Under the pieces are notes generated by a model. It did not search any database. It saw only the letters and a program-made list of their open reading frames with translations, and was not told where the DNA came from. Made by a program: the position numbers and the translations under genes. Shown here piece by piece: positions 7,744 through 16,242 of a stretch of 41,091 bases of DNA. The stretch comes from a virus (lineage: Duplodnaviria > Caudoviricetes). The stretch spans positions 1 through 41,091 of the IMG/VR virus record IMGVR_UViG_3300048856_000134; one strand, written 5' to 3'. The stretch's first letter is position 1. Each line of letters begins with the position of its first letter.

Positions 7744-7923
7744 ATGGACCCTACGGGACGCGCCGCTGATGCAATTCTGGACCTCTTGGCCGGTTCGTTG
7801 GACGAGTGCGCGAGGGATCTAGCCCAGGGCGACGTACCAGCCGCTCAGAAGAGGCTGGCCGAGGTTATGGACCAGTTGCGGCGGATTCGCCGGGATCTCA
7901 GGGAAGAGGGCGGTTCGGCGTAG
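7744..7923 (+). CDS. Small helical hypothetical protein
   Basis: MDPTGRAADAILDLLAG... with AGGGG RBS. Confidence 0.45.
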   Translation: MDPTGRAADAILDLLAGSLDECARDLAQGDVPAAQKRLAEVMDQLRRIRRDLREEGGSA

Positions 7924-8149
7924 AGTCCCTGAGCAAGGAAGGTCCGTCGGTCAGGGTGGAGAGGCCTAATGCTTTGCGACAGGCTCCTGTTGGGGCGAAT
8001 GCACTCCGCTATCCCGCGCGTGGAGCGGGACTGCTCATGCTCATTCGGCCTGATCTTGGTCCAGAGAGCTAGCAACTCTTAAAGATCGGCGAACCGGGCT
8101 AGTGCCTGAAGTTCCTGGTTCCGGGTGAGGGGGACGCGAGGGTGGGTCA

Positions 8150-8308
8150 CTAGGCCTCATCGGCCAACGCCCTAGTCAGCGTAAGCAGGATCTCGCGCTT
8201 CTCGGGGTCGAGCTTCGCCCACAGGATCATGAGCTCTTCTTCCTCCGCCTGGATGGCCGGAGGCGCCAGGTCCTCAGCACACTCGACAGGATGGGCGTGT
8301 TCCTTCAC
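8150..8308 (-). CDS. 52-aa acidic protein, candidate SOS-induced antirepressor, not in ORF track
   Basis: GTG start with AGGA RBS: MKEHAHPVECAEDLAPPAIQAEEEELMILWAKLDPEKREILLTLTRALADEA; LexA box upstream. Confidence 0.6.
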   Translation of the reverse strand: MKEHAHPVECAEDLAPPAIQAEEEELMILWAKLDPEKREILLTLTRALADEA

Positions 8309-8344
8309 CGGTATGTTCCTGCCGTGTCAAATTTTTGGACTCGT

Positions 8345-8359
8345 GTTCTTGTTGTGTTC
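8345..8359. promoter_or_regulatory. Alphaproteobacterial LexA (SOS) box
   Basis: GTTC-TTGTTGT-GTTC fits the GTTC-N7-GTTC consensus exactly. Confidence 0.7.
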
Positions 8360-8423
8360 CCTTCATCCTCCCGTGGTGGTTGAGGCGATTCGGGAGGTTT
8401 GTGCGTGGAAGTCGGCATCCGAT

Positions 8424-8765
8424 TCAGGTCTTTTCGTGCGGCTTGGGATCCGGCCCCTGAGAAGCCGCCAGTGTGGCTGTCATCTCCGCATCCAGTTCCT
8501 TCGCGAGACGAGATGGAAGAGCCGACCAATCACCCAGGAACACGTAGTTGAAGTCCACCCCCTTGGCTCGGGCGAGGCGGTAAACGGCATACACTCCGGG
8601 TGGGTTGTCGCCCGCCATCCAGTTGCGGAGGACGTGCTTGGACACCCCCATCAGTGAGGCGGCTTCGACGTAGGATAGACCCAGCAAATCGATAAGCTTC
8701 CGCAGGCGAGCGCCGGCGGCGGCCTGGAAGTCAGACTGGGCCAAGACAGGAACGGCATCGGACAT
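8424..8765 (-). CDS. CI-like Xre/HTH repressor without S24 peptidase domain
   Basis: GARLRKLIDLLGLSYVEAASLMGVSKHVLRNWMAG HTH; divergent from Cro-like gene; only 113 aa. Confidence 0.85.
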   Translation of the reverse strand: MSDAVPVLAQSDFQAAAGARLRKLIDLLGLSYVEAASLMGVSKHVLRNWMAGDNPPGVYAVYRLARAKGVDFNYVFLGDWSALPSRLAKELDAEMTATLAASQGPDPKPHEKT

Positions 8766-8768
8766 GCC

Positions 8769-8849
8769 GTATAGCGTGCCTTAACGCCGCGACTTTGGCG
8801 GTGAAGGAAAGTCCTTGCGGCGATAGTGTAGCCAAACTACACTTCCGAC
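8769..8849 (+). promoter_or_regulatory. PR promoter and OR operators
   Basis: TTGCGG(8815)-17-TACACT(8838); perfect palindrome GTGTAG-CCAAA-CTACAC at 8826-8842; degenerate GTATAG-N5-CTTAAC at 8769-8785. Confidence 0.75.
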
Positions 8850-9095
8850 ATGGGCGAAACGATGGACATTGCGGCCCGGCGCGAAGGCGCTGAGAAGGCC
8901 ATCAGGGCAGCCGGTACGATCACCGGGCTGGCTGAACACCTCGGACTGACCAAGGGCGCGATCTGGCAGTGGCGTAAGAGCGGCATCCCCGCTGATCGCG
9001 TCGCCGATGTGGCCGCCGTCACGGGCATCCCGGCCGCCGAGCTGCGCCCCGATCTCGCCAGGGTGTTCGCGTCCGAACCGGAGCGAGCCGCCTGA
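8850..9095 (+). CDS. Cro-like (YdaS family) HTH protein
   Basis: AIRAAGTITGLAEHLGLTKGAIWQW..IPADRV..VAAVTGIP..ELRPDL. Confidence 0.88.
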   Translation: MGETMDIAARREGAEKAIRAAGTITGLAEHLGLTKGAIWQWRKSGIPADRVADVAAVTGIPAAELRPDLARVFASEPERAA

Positions 9096-9364
9096 TGGCC
9101 CGCATCATCCACCTTCATGCGGGAATGCGCCGCGCGGGCGCAAACCCGCCGCCGGGGATGCCTGAGCCGGAGCGGTCGGCCAACGCGATCCCGGTCATAC
9201 TGTCCTTCGCCATCGTCTGCTGGCTCGGGCTGATCGCGCTAGTCATCACGCTGGCCAATGGACGCGTCACGCTCAAGACGGCCCTCGTCGTCATCTTTCT
9301 CTGGATCTTCGGGCTCCTGGTCACGATTGCCGTCCAGGAGTGGCGCGCGCGAGGCGCCAAATAG
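9095..9364 (+). CDS. Two-TM membrane protein
   Basis: Two hydrophobic helices; TGATG coupling to cro. Confidence 0.6.
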   Translation: MARIIHLHAGMRRAGANPPPGMPEPERSANAIPVILSFAIVCWLGLIALVITLANGRVTLKTALVVIFLWIFGLLVTIAVQEWRARGAK

Positions 9365-9577
9365 ATGCCGGGTGTTCCTTCCCGCCCGGCTGCGCCCGGC
9401 ACCGTGTCCAACACTTCTGAGGACGTCGTAGCGGTGCTGGGCGCCCCTATCTCCATCGTTCAGCGTGAGAGGGCCGTCTTCATCCGGCCGATGCAGTGCT
9501 TCGACTGCGGCGCCGACTTCATCCCGGCGCGCGTGCCGGCGGGTCTGCCGCTCTGCCTCGAATGCGGGGACGCCTAG
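9365..9577 (+). CDS. Small Zn-finger-like protein
   Basis: CFDCG..FIP.R....LPLCLEC, similar to a DksA/TraR-type C4 finger. Confidence 0.45.
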   Translation: MPGVPSRPAAPGTVSNTSEDVVAVLGAPISIVQRERAVFIRPMQCFDCGADFIPARVPAGLPLCLECGDA

Positions 9578-10003
9578 ATGAGCGAAGCTCAGAAAGCCCC
9601 AGGCGCCTTCCGCACCATCGGCGAGGTGTCCGTCGAGCTGGGCATCGAGACGCACACGCTGCGCTTCTGGGAAAGCAAGTTCCCGCAGCTTCAGCCGGTG
9701 CGCGCGAATGGCCAGCGCCGGTACTACCGGCCAGCAGATATCGCAGTCGTTCGCGTGATTGACCGGCTGCTTCGGGTCGAGGGCTACACCATCGCTGGCG
9801 CGCGTGGCGCGCTCGTCCGCGAGGGGTATCGCGCTCCTTCTATCGGTGCGGATCGCCGTGCCGCGCAGGGGGAGGGGGACGTTGGCGCGTCCCCGCTCCG
9901 TCGTACCTGCGATGATGTGAAGCACGGCTTCCATGACCCCAACATCGGTCATGGAACCCGTGAATGTCCTGGTCAGAAACTGCCCGAAAGTTTCAGCACA
10001 TGA
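9578..10003 (+). CDS. MerR-family HTH regulator
   Basis: [44 protein letters not shown]. Confidence 0.85.
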   Translation: MSEAQKAPGAFRTIGEVSVELGIETHTLRFWESKFPQLQPVRANGQRRYYRPADIAVVRVIDRLLRVEGYTIAGARGALVREGYRAPSIGADRRAAQGEGDVGASPLRRTCDDVKHGFHDPNIGHGTRECPGQKLPESFST

Positions 10004-10263
10004 GTGCGTCCGTCGCCCTCGGCATGCCCGTTGGTGAGCGCGTGTGCAGCTATCTGCGCGAGCGCTACGGCGAGCTGCGCCACGCCCCAGAGCGCCTGGC
10101 CCGTGCCGCCAAGGCTACGCCGCGCGCCGCCCGCAACTGGCTGGACGGCGAGTGCGCGCCGCGGCTGGACAACATCGTCGAGCTCATGGCCGCCGACCCG
10201 GATTTCGAGGCGGCCATCCTGGAAATCGTTCGTGGCCGGCGCGCCCAGAAGGAGGGCCGCTGA
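9964..10263 (+). CDS. HTH-type regulator at CII-like position
   Basis: [24 protein letters not shown]. Confidence 0.6.
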   Translation: MSWSETARKFQHMSASVALGMPVGERVCSYLRERYGELRHAPERLARAAKATPRAARNWLDGECAPRLDNIVELMAADPDFEAAILEIVRGRRAQKEGR

Positions 10264-10421
10264 TGGCCTCTGTCCTCATCGAGTTCGGCCGCGTGGGCTG
10301 GGGCTACATGAACGGGCTGATCCGATCTCTCTCCATGGGGCTGGTCCGCGTGTCCTGGTGCCGCGGCTTCTTCGGAGATGCCCTTAAGGAAGCGGCCGAC
10401 AAGCTGCGGGGGCGTGGATGA
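10263..10421 (+). CDS. Small hypothetical protein
   Basis: GGAGG RBS; TGATG and ATGA couplings. Confidence 0.5.
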   Translation: MASVLIEFGRVGWGYMNGLIRSLSMGLVRVSWCRGFFGDALKEAADKLRGRG

Positions 10422-10891
10422 ACGCCGCCTTCGTGGACCACGGCCGCAGCCTTGCCGAGGAGATCGACGGGCTGGAGGTGCCGGGGATTCCATCCCTGGC
10501 GTCCCGACGGACCCGTCGCATGCCCAAGGGATTGAAGGGCGCTCCGCAGCCGAGCGAGGATCAGGTTCAGCGCTCGATCCTGGGCTACCTGAAGCGCCTG
10601 CCCGCCGAGCCACTGGTCTGGCATGTCCGGAACGAGCGCGACAAGAAGCTGACGCGGAACCAGATGTTCCGGCGCAAGGGCCTTGGCCTGAAGTCGGGCG
10701 TGCCGGATCTGACCATCTGCTGGCCCAACGGGGTCGTGGTGTTCCTGGAGGTCAAGGCGCCGGGCGGAGAGACCTCCGAGGCGCAGGAAGACCGGATCGA
10801 GCGGCTGCAGCAGCTCGGTCACCACGTCGGTGTGGCGGCGTCCCTCGACGAAGCGCTCGATCTCTTCCGCCAGGCGGGCGTCATTCGGTGA
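10418..10891 (+). CDS. VRR-NUC domain nuclease (Holliday junction resolvase-like)
   Basis: SEDQVQ..I, GLKSGVPDL, FLEVKAPGG..SEAQ motifs. Confidence 0.88.
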   Translation: MNAAFVDHGRSLAEEIDGLEVPGIPSLASRRTRRMPKGLKGAPQPSEDQVQRSILGYLKRLPAEPLVWHVRNERDKKLTRNQMFRRKGLGLKSGVPDLTICWPNGVVVFLEVKAPGGETSEAQEDRIERLQQLGHHVGVAASLDEALDLFRQAGVIR

Positions 10892-11091
10892 TCGTTGTCC
10901 CGCCCTTCCTCGTCCAGCAGCGTGCCTGGGAATGCGCCTACGTCCTCCGCGAGGAGCATGACGAGCGCCTGCCCCTGGCTGATCGCGTGCGCTGCGAGGA
11001 GGTGCTGCGGGCGGGGCCGGATGCACTGGGATGGCAAGACGTGCAGGCCATGCTGCGCCTGGCCGGCGAAGCGATTGGGGCCCGGGTATGA
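10888..11091 (+). CDS. Hypothetical protein
   Basis: GTGA and ATGA coupling on both ends. Confidence 0.45.
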   Translation: MIVVPPFLVQQRAWECAYVLREEHDERLPLADRVRCEEVLRAGPDALGWQDVQAMLRLAGEAIGARV

Positions 11092-11930
11092 GCGCCTGCA
11101 TGTCCACCCGCTTGCACCCGGACATTGAGCGCGTGGCGCTGCTGGGATGGCGCTGTGTCCCTGCGACCCGGACCAAGAAGGGCATGTTCGAGGGGTACCT
11201 GCAGGCAGCAACCCATGACCTCGACCAGCTTGAGCGGTGGGCGCACGCCTACCCGGGCTGCAACTGGAAGGTGGTGCCAGAAGGGTCTGGCATCTGGGCG
11301 CTCGACGTGGATGTGCCCTGCGAGGACCACGCTAATGACGGCGTAGCCGCCCTGCGCGCCCTGTGCGAGCAGCACGGTCCTATTCCGCCGCGGCCTCACG
11401 GGCGGTCCGGGTCAGGTGGGCACATCATGGTCTTCCGGGACGATGGGCGGCCTATGCTGCGCGGATCCGAAAGGCCGCAGAGGGGCATGGACACTTGCGC
11501 CGGCAGGGTGGCCTTCACCATTGCGCCGTCGCGGGGCAGGGGAGGTGTCCCTTACCGCTGGCAGGTCGCTCCCTGGGACCTAGCGCCTCCCGTCGCGCCG
11601 GAATGGCTGCTGGGGTTGCTGAAGCCGCCGCCGGCCAAGGCGCACCCCGAGCGCCCCGTAATCCTGACCGAGGACCGTGCGCGGCGCTCCCTGGCGCGGG
11701 TGGTCGACAAGCTGCTGGGCGTGGAGGCCGGCGGGCGCAACGCCGCCCTGAACCGCGCCGCCTACACCGTCGGCGGCCTGATCGGCGCCGGCAAGCTGAC
11801 CGAGCAGGAAGCGGTCTTCGCCCTCTACACCGCCGGCCGGCATATCGGCCTCGAGGACGCAGAGTGCCGCGCGACCATCCGCTCGGGCCTGGACGCTGGG
11901 GCGCAGAACCCCCTCGGCGGCAACGCCTGA
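11088..11930 (+). CDS. Bifunctional DNA primase/polymerase (Prim-Pol)
   Basis: ATHDLDQLERW, SGIWALDVD, SGSGGHIMVF, IAPS...YRW; C-terminal GGRNAALNRAAY (PriCT-like). Confidence 0.88.
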   Translation: MSACMSTRLHPDIERVALLGWRCVPATRTKKGMFEGYLQAATHDLDQLERWAHAYPGCNWKVVPEGSGIWALDVDVPCEDHANDGVAALRALCEQHGPIPPRPHGRSGSGGHIMVFRDDGRPMLRGSERPQRGMDTCAGRVAFTIAPSRGRGGVPYRWQVAPWDLAPPVAPEWLLGLLKPPPAKAHPERPVILTEDRARRSLARVVDKLLGVEAGGRNAALNRAAYTVGGLIGAGKLTEQEAVFALYTAGRHIGLEDAECRATIRSGLDAGAQNPLGGNA

Positions 11931-13327
11931 TGCCGGATGGGGACGACATGGGGAACGTCTTTGACATCGCCGCCCGGCGCTATGCGCAGATGCCGCCCGC
12001 CGCCGGGACCAACCCGATGGATTTTGGTGAGACAGACGTTGCCCGACGGTTCGCGGCGAGCGCCGCCTCGAAGCTGGTCTACGACCACGACGACAAGCGG
12101 TGGTTCGTCTGGTCCGGCTCGATCTGGCTGAAGGACCCCGTTTCCAGCGTCATGGAGCGCGTGAAGCGCTTCCTGGAGGGCGAACGTGAGCGGGCGCTGC
12201 ATCCGAATGACGAGAAGGCCATGGCTAAGGCGAAGTTCGTCAAGGCCGTGGAGGAACTGGCGCGTAGCGACCCGCGGATCGCTGTGCACAGCGCGATGTG
12301 GGACGCCGACTGCTGGCTGCTGGGCACGCCCGAGGGGGTGGTCGAGCTGCGCAGCGGAAAGCTCCGTCCCGGCCGCCCCGACGACTACATCTCCAAGCAC
12401 ACGGCGGTGGCTCCCGCCCCGCCTGGCGCCTTTGCCCCGAACTGGATGGCCTTCCTCCATGAGGCCACGGAGGGCGATGAGGAGCTGCAGCGGTTCCTCC
12501 AGCGCTGGGCCGGATACTGCCTGACCGGCGACGTGTCGGAGGAGGTGCTGGCCTTCCTCTATGGCCCCGGCGGCAACGGGAAGGGCGTCTACACGGGCGT
12601 GCTCGCTGCCATCCTGGGCGACTACGCCGTCAGCATGCCGATCGAGGCCTTCACGGCCGGCGGGCGGCAGAACCAAGAATACTACCGAGCGCAGATGGCC
12701 GGCGCTCGCCTGGTCACGGCTTCGGAGACTGAGAGCGGGCGGCAGTGGGCCGAGGCGCAGATCAAGGAGCTGACCGGCAACGAGACTCCCGTGTCAGCCC
12801 GGCAGCCGCACGGCCGGGTCTACACCTACCGGCCGCAGTTCAAGCTGCAGTTCGTGGGCAACCACGCGCCGAGCCTCAAGGGCCGCAGCCCGGCCATGGA
12901 GCGCCGGCTGCGCATCGTGCCCTTCGAGTTCATCCCGCCGAACCCGGATCCGGAGCTGAAGGCGAAGCTGGTCCCGGAATACCCGGCCATCCTGCGTTGG
13001 GCGATCGAGGGCTGTCTCGACTGGCAGAAGAACCGGCTGGGCACCGCCTCGTCCATCCAGCAGGCGAGCGGCGACTACTTTGAGCGGCAGGACGTGTTCG
13101 GACGATGGCTCGAGGAGCGCTGCATTCTCGACGCCAACCTCTCAGTCCGGCCCGGCGCCCTGTTCGCTGACTATCAGGCCTGGTGCAAGGGTGCAGGGGA
13201 GGTGGCCCTCTCCAGCTCCGAGTTCGCCGAGAAGCGCGATAGGACCAAGGGCCTCGTTTATAAAGCAATTCAAGGCACTCGGTGGGTTACCGGCGTCGGC
13301 CTGAAGGCGGTCAGCCGTGATGAATGA
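11930..13327 (+). CDS. P4-family primase/helicase (D5-like SF3 ATPase)
   Basis: D5_N-like region, Walker A GPGGNGKG, GARLVTASE, IKELTG, RRLRIVPF. Confidence 0.92.
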   Translation: MPDGDDMGNVFDIAARRYAQMPPAAGTNPMDFGETDVARRFAASAASKLVYDHDDKRWFVWSGSIWLKDPVSSVMERVKRFLEGERERALHPNDEKAMAKAKFVKAVEELARSDPRIAVHSAMWDADCWLLGTPEGVVELRSGKLRPGRPDDYISKHTAVAPAPPGAFAPNWMAFLHEATEGDEELQRFLQRWAGYCLTGDVSEEVLAFLYGPGGNGKGVYTGVLAAILGDYAVSMPIEAFTAGGRQNQEYYRAQMAGARLVTASETESGRQWAEAQIKELTGNETPVSARQPHGRVYTYRPQFKLQFVGNHAPSLKGRSPAMERRLRIVPFEFIPPNPDPELKAKLVPEYPAILRWAIEGCLDWQKNRLGTASSIQQASGDYFERQDVFGRWLEERCILDANLSVRPGALFADYQAWCKGAGEVALSSSEFAEKRDRTKGLVYKAIQGTRWVTGVGLKAVSRDE

Positions 13328-13336
13328 CCGTCTCGA

Positions 13337-13449
13337 GGTGCAGGAGGTGCAGGCAGGTGCACCCCATTACCAAAATCCCCCTCGCGTGCGCGCGTGCGCA
13401 GTGGAAGCGATTTCGGAAATCGCCCGCACCGTCCTGCACCCCCTGCACC
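13337..13449. repeat. Candidate replication origin with inverted iterons
   Basis: GGTGCAGG x2 plus GGTGCA facing CCTGCACC x2; internal palindrome GCGATTTCGGAAATCGC; immediately after helicase. Confidence 0.6.
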
Positions 13450-13470
13450 CAGCCCCCGTGGAGACGGCTC

Positions 13471-13662
13471 ATGTCTGAGCAGCGCGACAACTCCGGCATC
13501 CTGTTCAAGAACCGGGACAAGTCGAAGGACACGCACCCGGACTACAAGGGCACCTGCCGGGTGAACGGGCAGGACCTGGAAATGGCCGCCTGGCTGAAGG
13601 AGGGAAGGAACGGGTCGAAGTTCATGACCTTCTCCTTCTCCGAGCCGCGGAACACCCGCTAA
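13471..13662 (+). CDS. Small DUF736-like putative ssDNA-binding protein
   Basis: NSGILFKN..K....HPDYKG.....G......AW.KE....KFM. Confidence 0.6.
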   Translation: MSEQRDNSGILFKNRDKSKDTHPDYKGTCRVNGQDLEMAAWLKEGRNGSKFMTFSFSEPRNTR

Positions 13663-13901
13663 TGCCCCGCCCGCCCTGGAAGTCCCCGAGGCAGGAGAAG
13701 CCGCGCGCGGCTGGGCTGGATCCTAACCGCGTGAACCGTTGCGCCGACCTGCTGGCGCAGGGCGCGACCGTGGAGAGGCGCGACGGCGACGTGGTCTGGC
13801 TGCACCTGGACGGCCGGAACGTCATGCACACCACCCGGCGCACGCTGAAGGCGGCGCAGGAGATGCGCCAGGCCGAGCTGGTGGAGGTGCCCCATGTCTG
13901 A
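13662..13901 (+). CDS. Hypothetical protein
   Basis: TAATG coupling. Confidence 0.55.
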   Translation: MPRPPWKSPRQEKPRAAGLDPNRVNRCADLLAQGATVERRDGDVVWLHLDGRNVMHTTRRTLKAAQEMRQAELVEVPHV

Positions 13902-14115
13902 CCCCGCCGAGTTCGGCCGTCGCGTGGCCGACCAGGAAGCCGCCTACGCCCTCGATCGCCTGCTGCTGGAGATGGACATCTCCGCACGCGCCCACGCCGC
14001 TGCTGGCGTGCCTCTGGCGAAGGATGACGCGGACTTCCTGGCCGCCAAGCGAGCCCGCCTCCAGGCCATGCGCGACCGGCTGGGTTCGTCCAGCCTGTCC
14101 CAGGGAGGCAAGTGA
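13894..14115 (+). CDS. Hypothetical protein
   Basis: GGAGG RBS; operon context. Confidence 0.55.
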   Translation: MSDPAEFGRRVADQEAAYALDRLLLEMDISARAHAAAGVPLAKDDADFLAAKRARLQAMRDRLGSSSLSQGGK

Positions 14116-14396
14116 TGCGGGTCATCTCAGGCATTGTCCGGGGGCAGCCGGTGTTCATCGGGCACTGCGCTGCGGCGACCCTGCCGACGCACCAGAGCAT
14201 CTTCAGCCTGCCGATCCCCGATGGGAGCGGGGTCGAGCCCAACATCGCAGATATTTGGAACCGCGTATGGTTCACCTGCGTCACCCTTCGGCGGCGTGGA
14301 GAGGAGGAACGCGTCATCGTCTCGGGCGAGGCTCAGGCGGCACTGCTGCCGGGCTGGGAACCCATGCGCGACCGGCTGGGTGGGGGGAAGGAGTGA
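14115..14396 (+). CDS. Hypothetical protein
   Basis: GGAGG RBS; TGATG coupling. Confidence 0.5.
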   Translation: MRVISGIVRGQPVFIGHCAAATLPTHQSIFSLPIPDGSGVEPNIADIWNRVWFTCVTLRRRGEEERVIVSGEAQAALLPGWEPMRDRLGGGKE

Positions 14397-14581
14397 TGGG
14401 GACGATCCGCACGATCCTGGGCGTCGTGACGCTCTGGCTGATCCTGGACGCTGTGAAGGCCATCTACGGGCTCTGGCCCTCGCTGGTCATCGCCGCCGTG
14501 CTGTTCGCGGCCTGTGTGGTGCTGGACCGGCATCTGGACGCCACCACCCCCGAACGCGGCGCGGGCGAGGGGAGGGAGTGA
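14396..14581 (+). CDS. Small two-TM membrane protein
   Basis: MGTIRTILGVVTLWLIL...LVIAAVLFAACVVL; AAGGAG RBS. Confidence 0.55.
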   Translation: MGTIRTILGVVTLWLILDAVKAIYGLWPSLVIAAVLFAACVVLDRHLDATTPERGAGEGRE

Positions 14582-14724
14582 TGACCATTCGGCTTGTGGA
14601 TCTGCCGTACTTCCGTGCCGACCAGTGGCTCACCCTGCAGCGGATCCTGATCCCGTTCCTTCAGCTTCATCGCATGGTCCGGAGCGTCGCGAACGACAAT
14701 TGGAGGGAGGGCCACCGCCCATGA
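14581..14724 (+). CDS. Small hypothetical protein
   Basis: GGAG RBS; TGATG and ATGA couplings. Confidence 0.4.
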   Translation: MTIRLVDLPYFRADQWLTLQRILIPFLQLHRMVRSVANDNWREGHRP

Positions 14725-14821
14725 CCCCGCCCCTCGACCGCTGGGCCCTGCGCCTCAGCCGCGAGCGATGCCAGCTCCGCGACACCATCCGAATGACTAG
14801 AAATGACGAGGGAAACCGTTG

Positions 14822-15352
14822 ATGGCGCGTCGTAAGCAGAAGCGGGCCGTGGCCCTGGCTCTCGTGGGCGACTATGGCCCGTCCATCCGGCGCGAGAAGG
14901 CCTCGGCAGGGCTTCCCAAAGCCGTGGAGGTCGTAGATCGGCCGGACCCGGAAGCGCCGCAGGGTGTGTCCGTGCGCGGCGCTAGGCGGGTCTGCTACTA
15001 CGATGAGCTATGGCGTCGCGGCACGATCGACGACGCCCAGCGCGAGGCCTGCGACCGCTACCTGATGGAGAGCGAGATGGAGCAGGGGGCGCGGGACCGG
15101 CCGATCATCTCCACCGGTCGGACGCCTCCTTGGCTGCAGGGGCATGCGGCCGAGATGCAGGTGAGGGCGGCCGTCAGCCTGCGGGGCGCACGGGCGGCCG
15201 TGGGGAATAATGGCCGGGCGCTGCTCGACCTACTCATCGTGGAGAACCTGTCGGTGCGGGCCATCGCCGATCGGCGAAAGGAACGACCAGAGGTGACCAT
15301 GGGGCAGGTGGGGGCTACACTCACTCGGCTAGCGGAACACTGGGGGTGCTGA
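14822..15352 (+). CDS. DUF6456-like protein, probable late-gene regulator at the Q position
   Basis: L..RG.I...Q..A..RY...; C-terminal LLDLLIVENLSV..IA........L..LAEHWG; last early gene before late promoter. Confidence 0.65.
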   Translation: MARRKQKRAVALALVGDYGPSIRREKASAGLPKAVEVVDRPDPEAPQGVSVRGARRVCYYDELWRRGTIDDAQREACDRYLMESEMEQGARDRPIISTGRTPPWLQGHAAEMQVRAAVSLRGARAAVGNNGRALLDLLIVENLSVRAIADRRKERPEVTMGQVGATLTRLAEHWGC

Positions 15353-15356
15353 GGAC

Positions 15357-15626
15357 GTGCTAAGGAAGACCAAGTACGCGACAGAACTGGCACGGGCCGA
15401 ACATGGGCAGTCTCGTATCGAGCGCCTCGCCATCACCGGCGGAGAGGAAGAGGTTCGCTTCTCGTGGTGGCGGGACGACCAGCTGATCCCGCGTCCACTC
15501 GACCTTCCTGAGAGGGAGCTTCTGCCACTTTTAAAGGAAGCCATGCGCCAGGGTGTGTTTACTCCCGAGTTTCTCGCGGGCCTGCGGGATGCCTTGAACG
15601 AGTTCGTTCCCGAACAGACCACTTGA
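15357..15626 (+). CDS. Hypothetical protein
   Basis: GAGG RBS; globular-looking sequence (EVRFSWW...RPLDLPE). Confidence 0.6.
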   Translation: MLRKTKYATELARAEHGQSRIERLAITGGEEEVRFSWWRDDQLIPRPLDLPERELLPLLKEAMRQGVFTPEFLAGLRDALNEFVPEQTT

Positions 15627-15652
15627 CGCGTGTCCGATACGGACGCTATCAA
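15624..15652 (+). promoter_or_regulatory. Candidate late promoter (PR'-like)
   Basis: TTGACG-17-CTATCA followed by GC hairpins at about 15670-15740. Confidence 0.45.
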
Positions 15653-15733
15653 AGCATCATCTTGGAATTGCGCGCCCGGAGCCCATCGGCCTAGGGCGCT
15701 ATTCATTTCTAGCCCCGGCAGCATGGATCTGGG

Positions 15734-15979
15734 CTAGCCCATCGGCAATTCGCCAGCATCTAGCCAAGCATCGATTGCCGCCACGGCCGCATCCAAATGG
15801 CTAAGGCCGCCCCATGCCACCTGTGGAGCGCCACTGACGCTCGCCAAGCTGACGACGAAGTTTGAACCAGCGGCATTCGAGTGAATGGTGGCGCCCCGGT
15901 ACTCGTAGATGGGGCCGGTCGTGTCAGAGGCAGGGGCAACCAGGCGAGGCTCAGGCTTCGGCGCAGACTTGGTATGCAT
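15734..15979 (-). CDS. Hypothetical moron protein
   Basis: Reverse-strand ORF in an apparently less GC-rich segment; start uncertain. Confidence 0.5.
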   Translation of the reverse strand: MHTKSAPKPEPRLVAPASDTTGPIYEYRGATIHSNAAGSNFVVSLASVSGAPQVAWGGLSHLDAAVAAIDAWLDAGELPMG

Positions 15980-16242
15980 GGCTTGTCCAGAGGAAGGTGA
16001 AGCAAGCGGCTCCTGCTTCGAGTAGCGGGCAGGTGGTGAGCGCTGATGGCCGTTGCTGGGCGACAACAAGATCTTTTGGCCATACGTGTGGCGGGCTGCC
16101 ACATTGTTGCCCATTCGCTTGGCCAGTGAAGGCTGAGGAACTCGAAGACACAGCCTTACGGAGGCCTTCAAAGCGGGCAGGCCAAGGTGGGCGCCTAAAC
16201 ATAACCTCGCGCCCGACGGCCTCGTTGGCCCAGCCGCCTCTT

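Noticed and set aside
8229-8657. Plus-strand 142-aa ORF
   Set aside because: Antisense to cI and the 52-aa gene, and spans the LexA box
11363-11929. N-terminal extension of the 654-aa primase ORF
   Set aside because: Overlaps Prim-Pol in another frame and is low-complexity; the TGATG-coupled ATG at 11930 is more plausible
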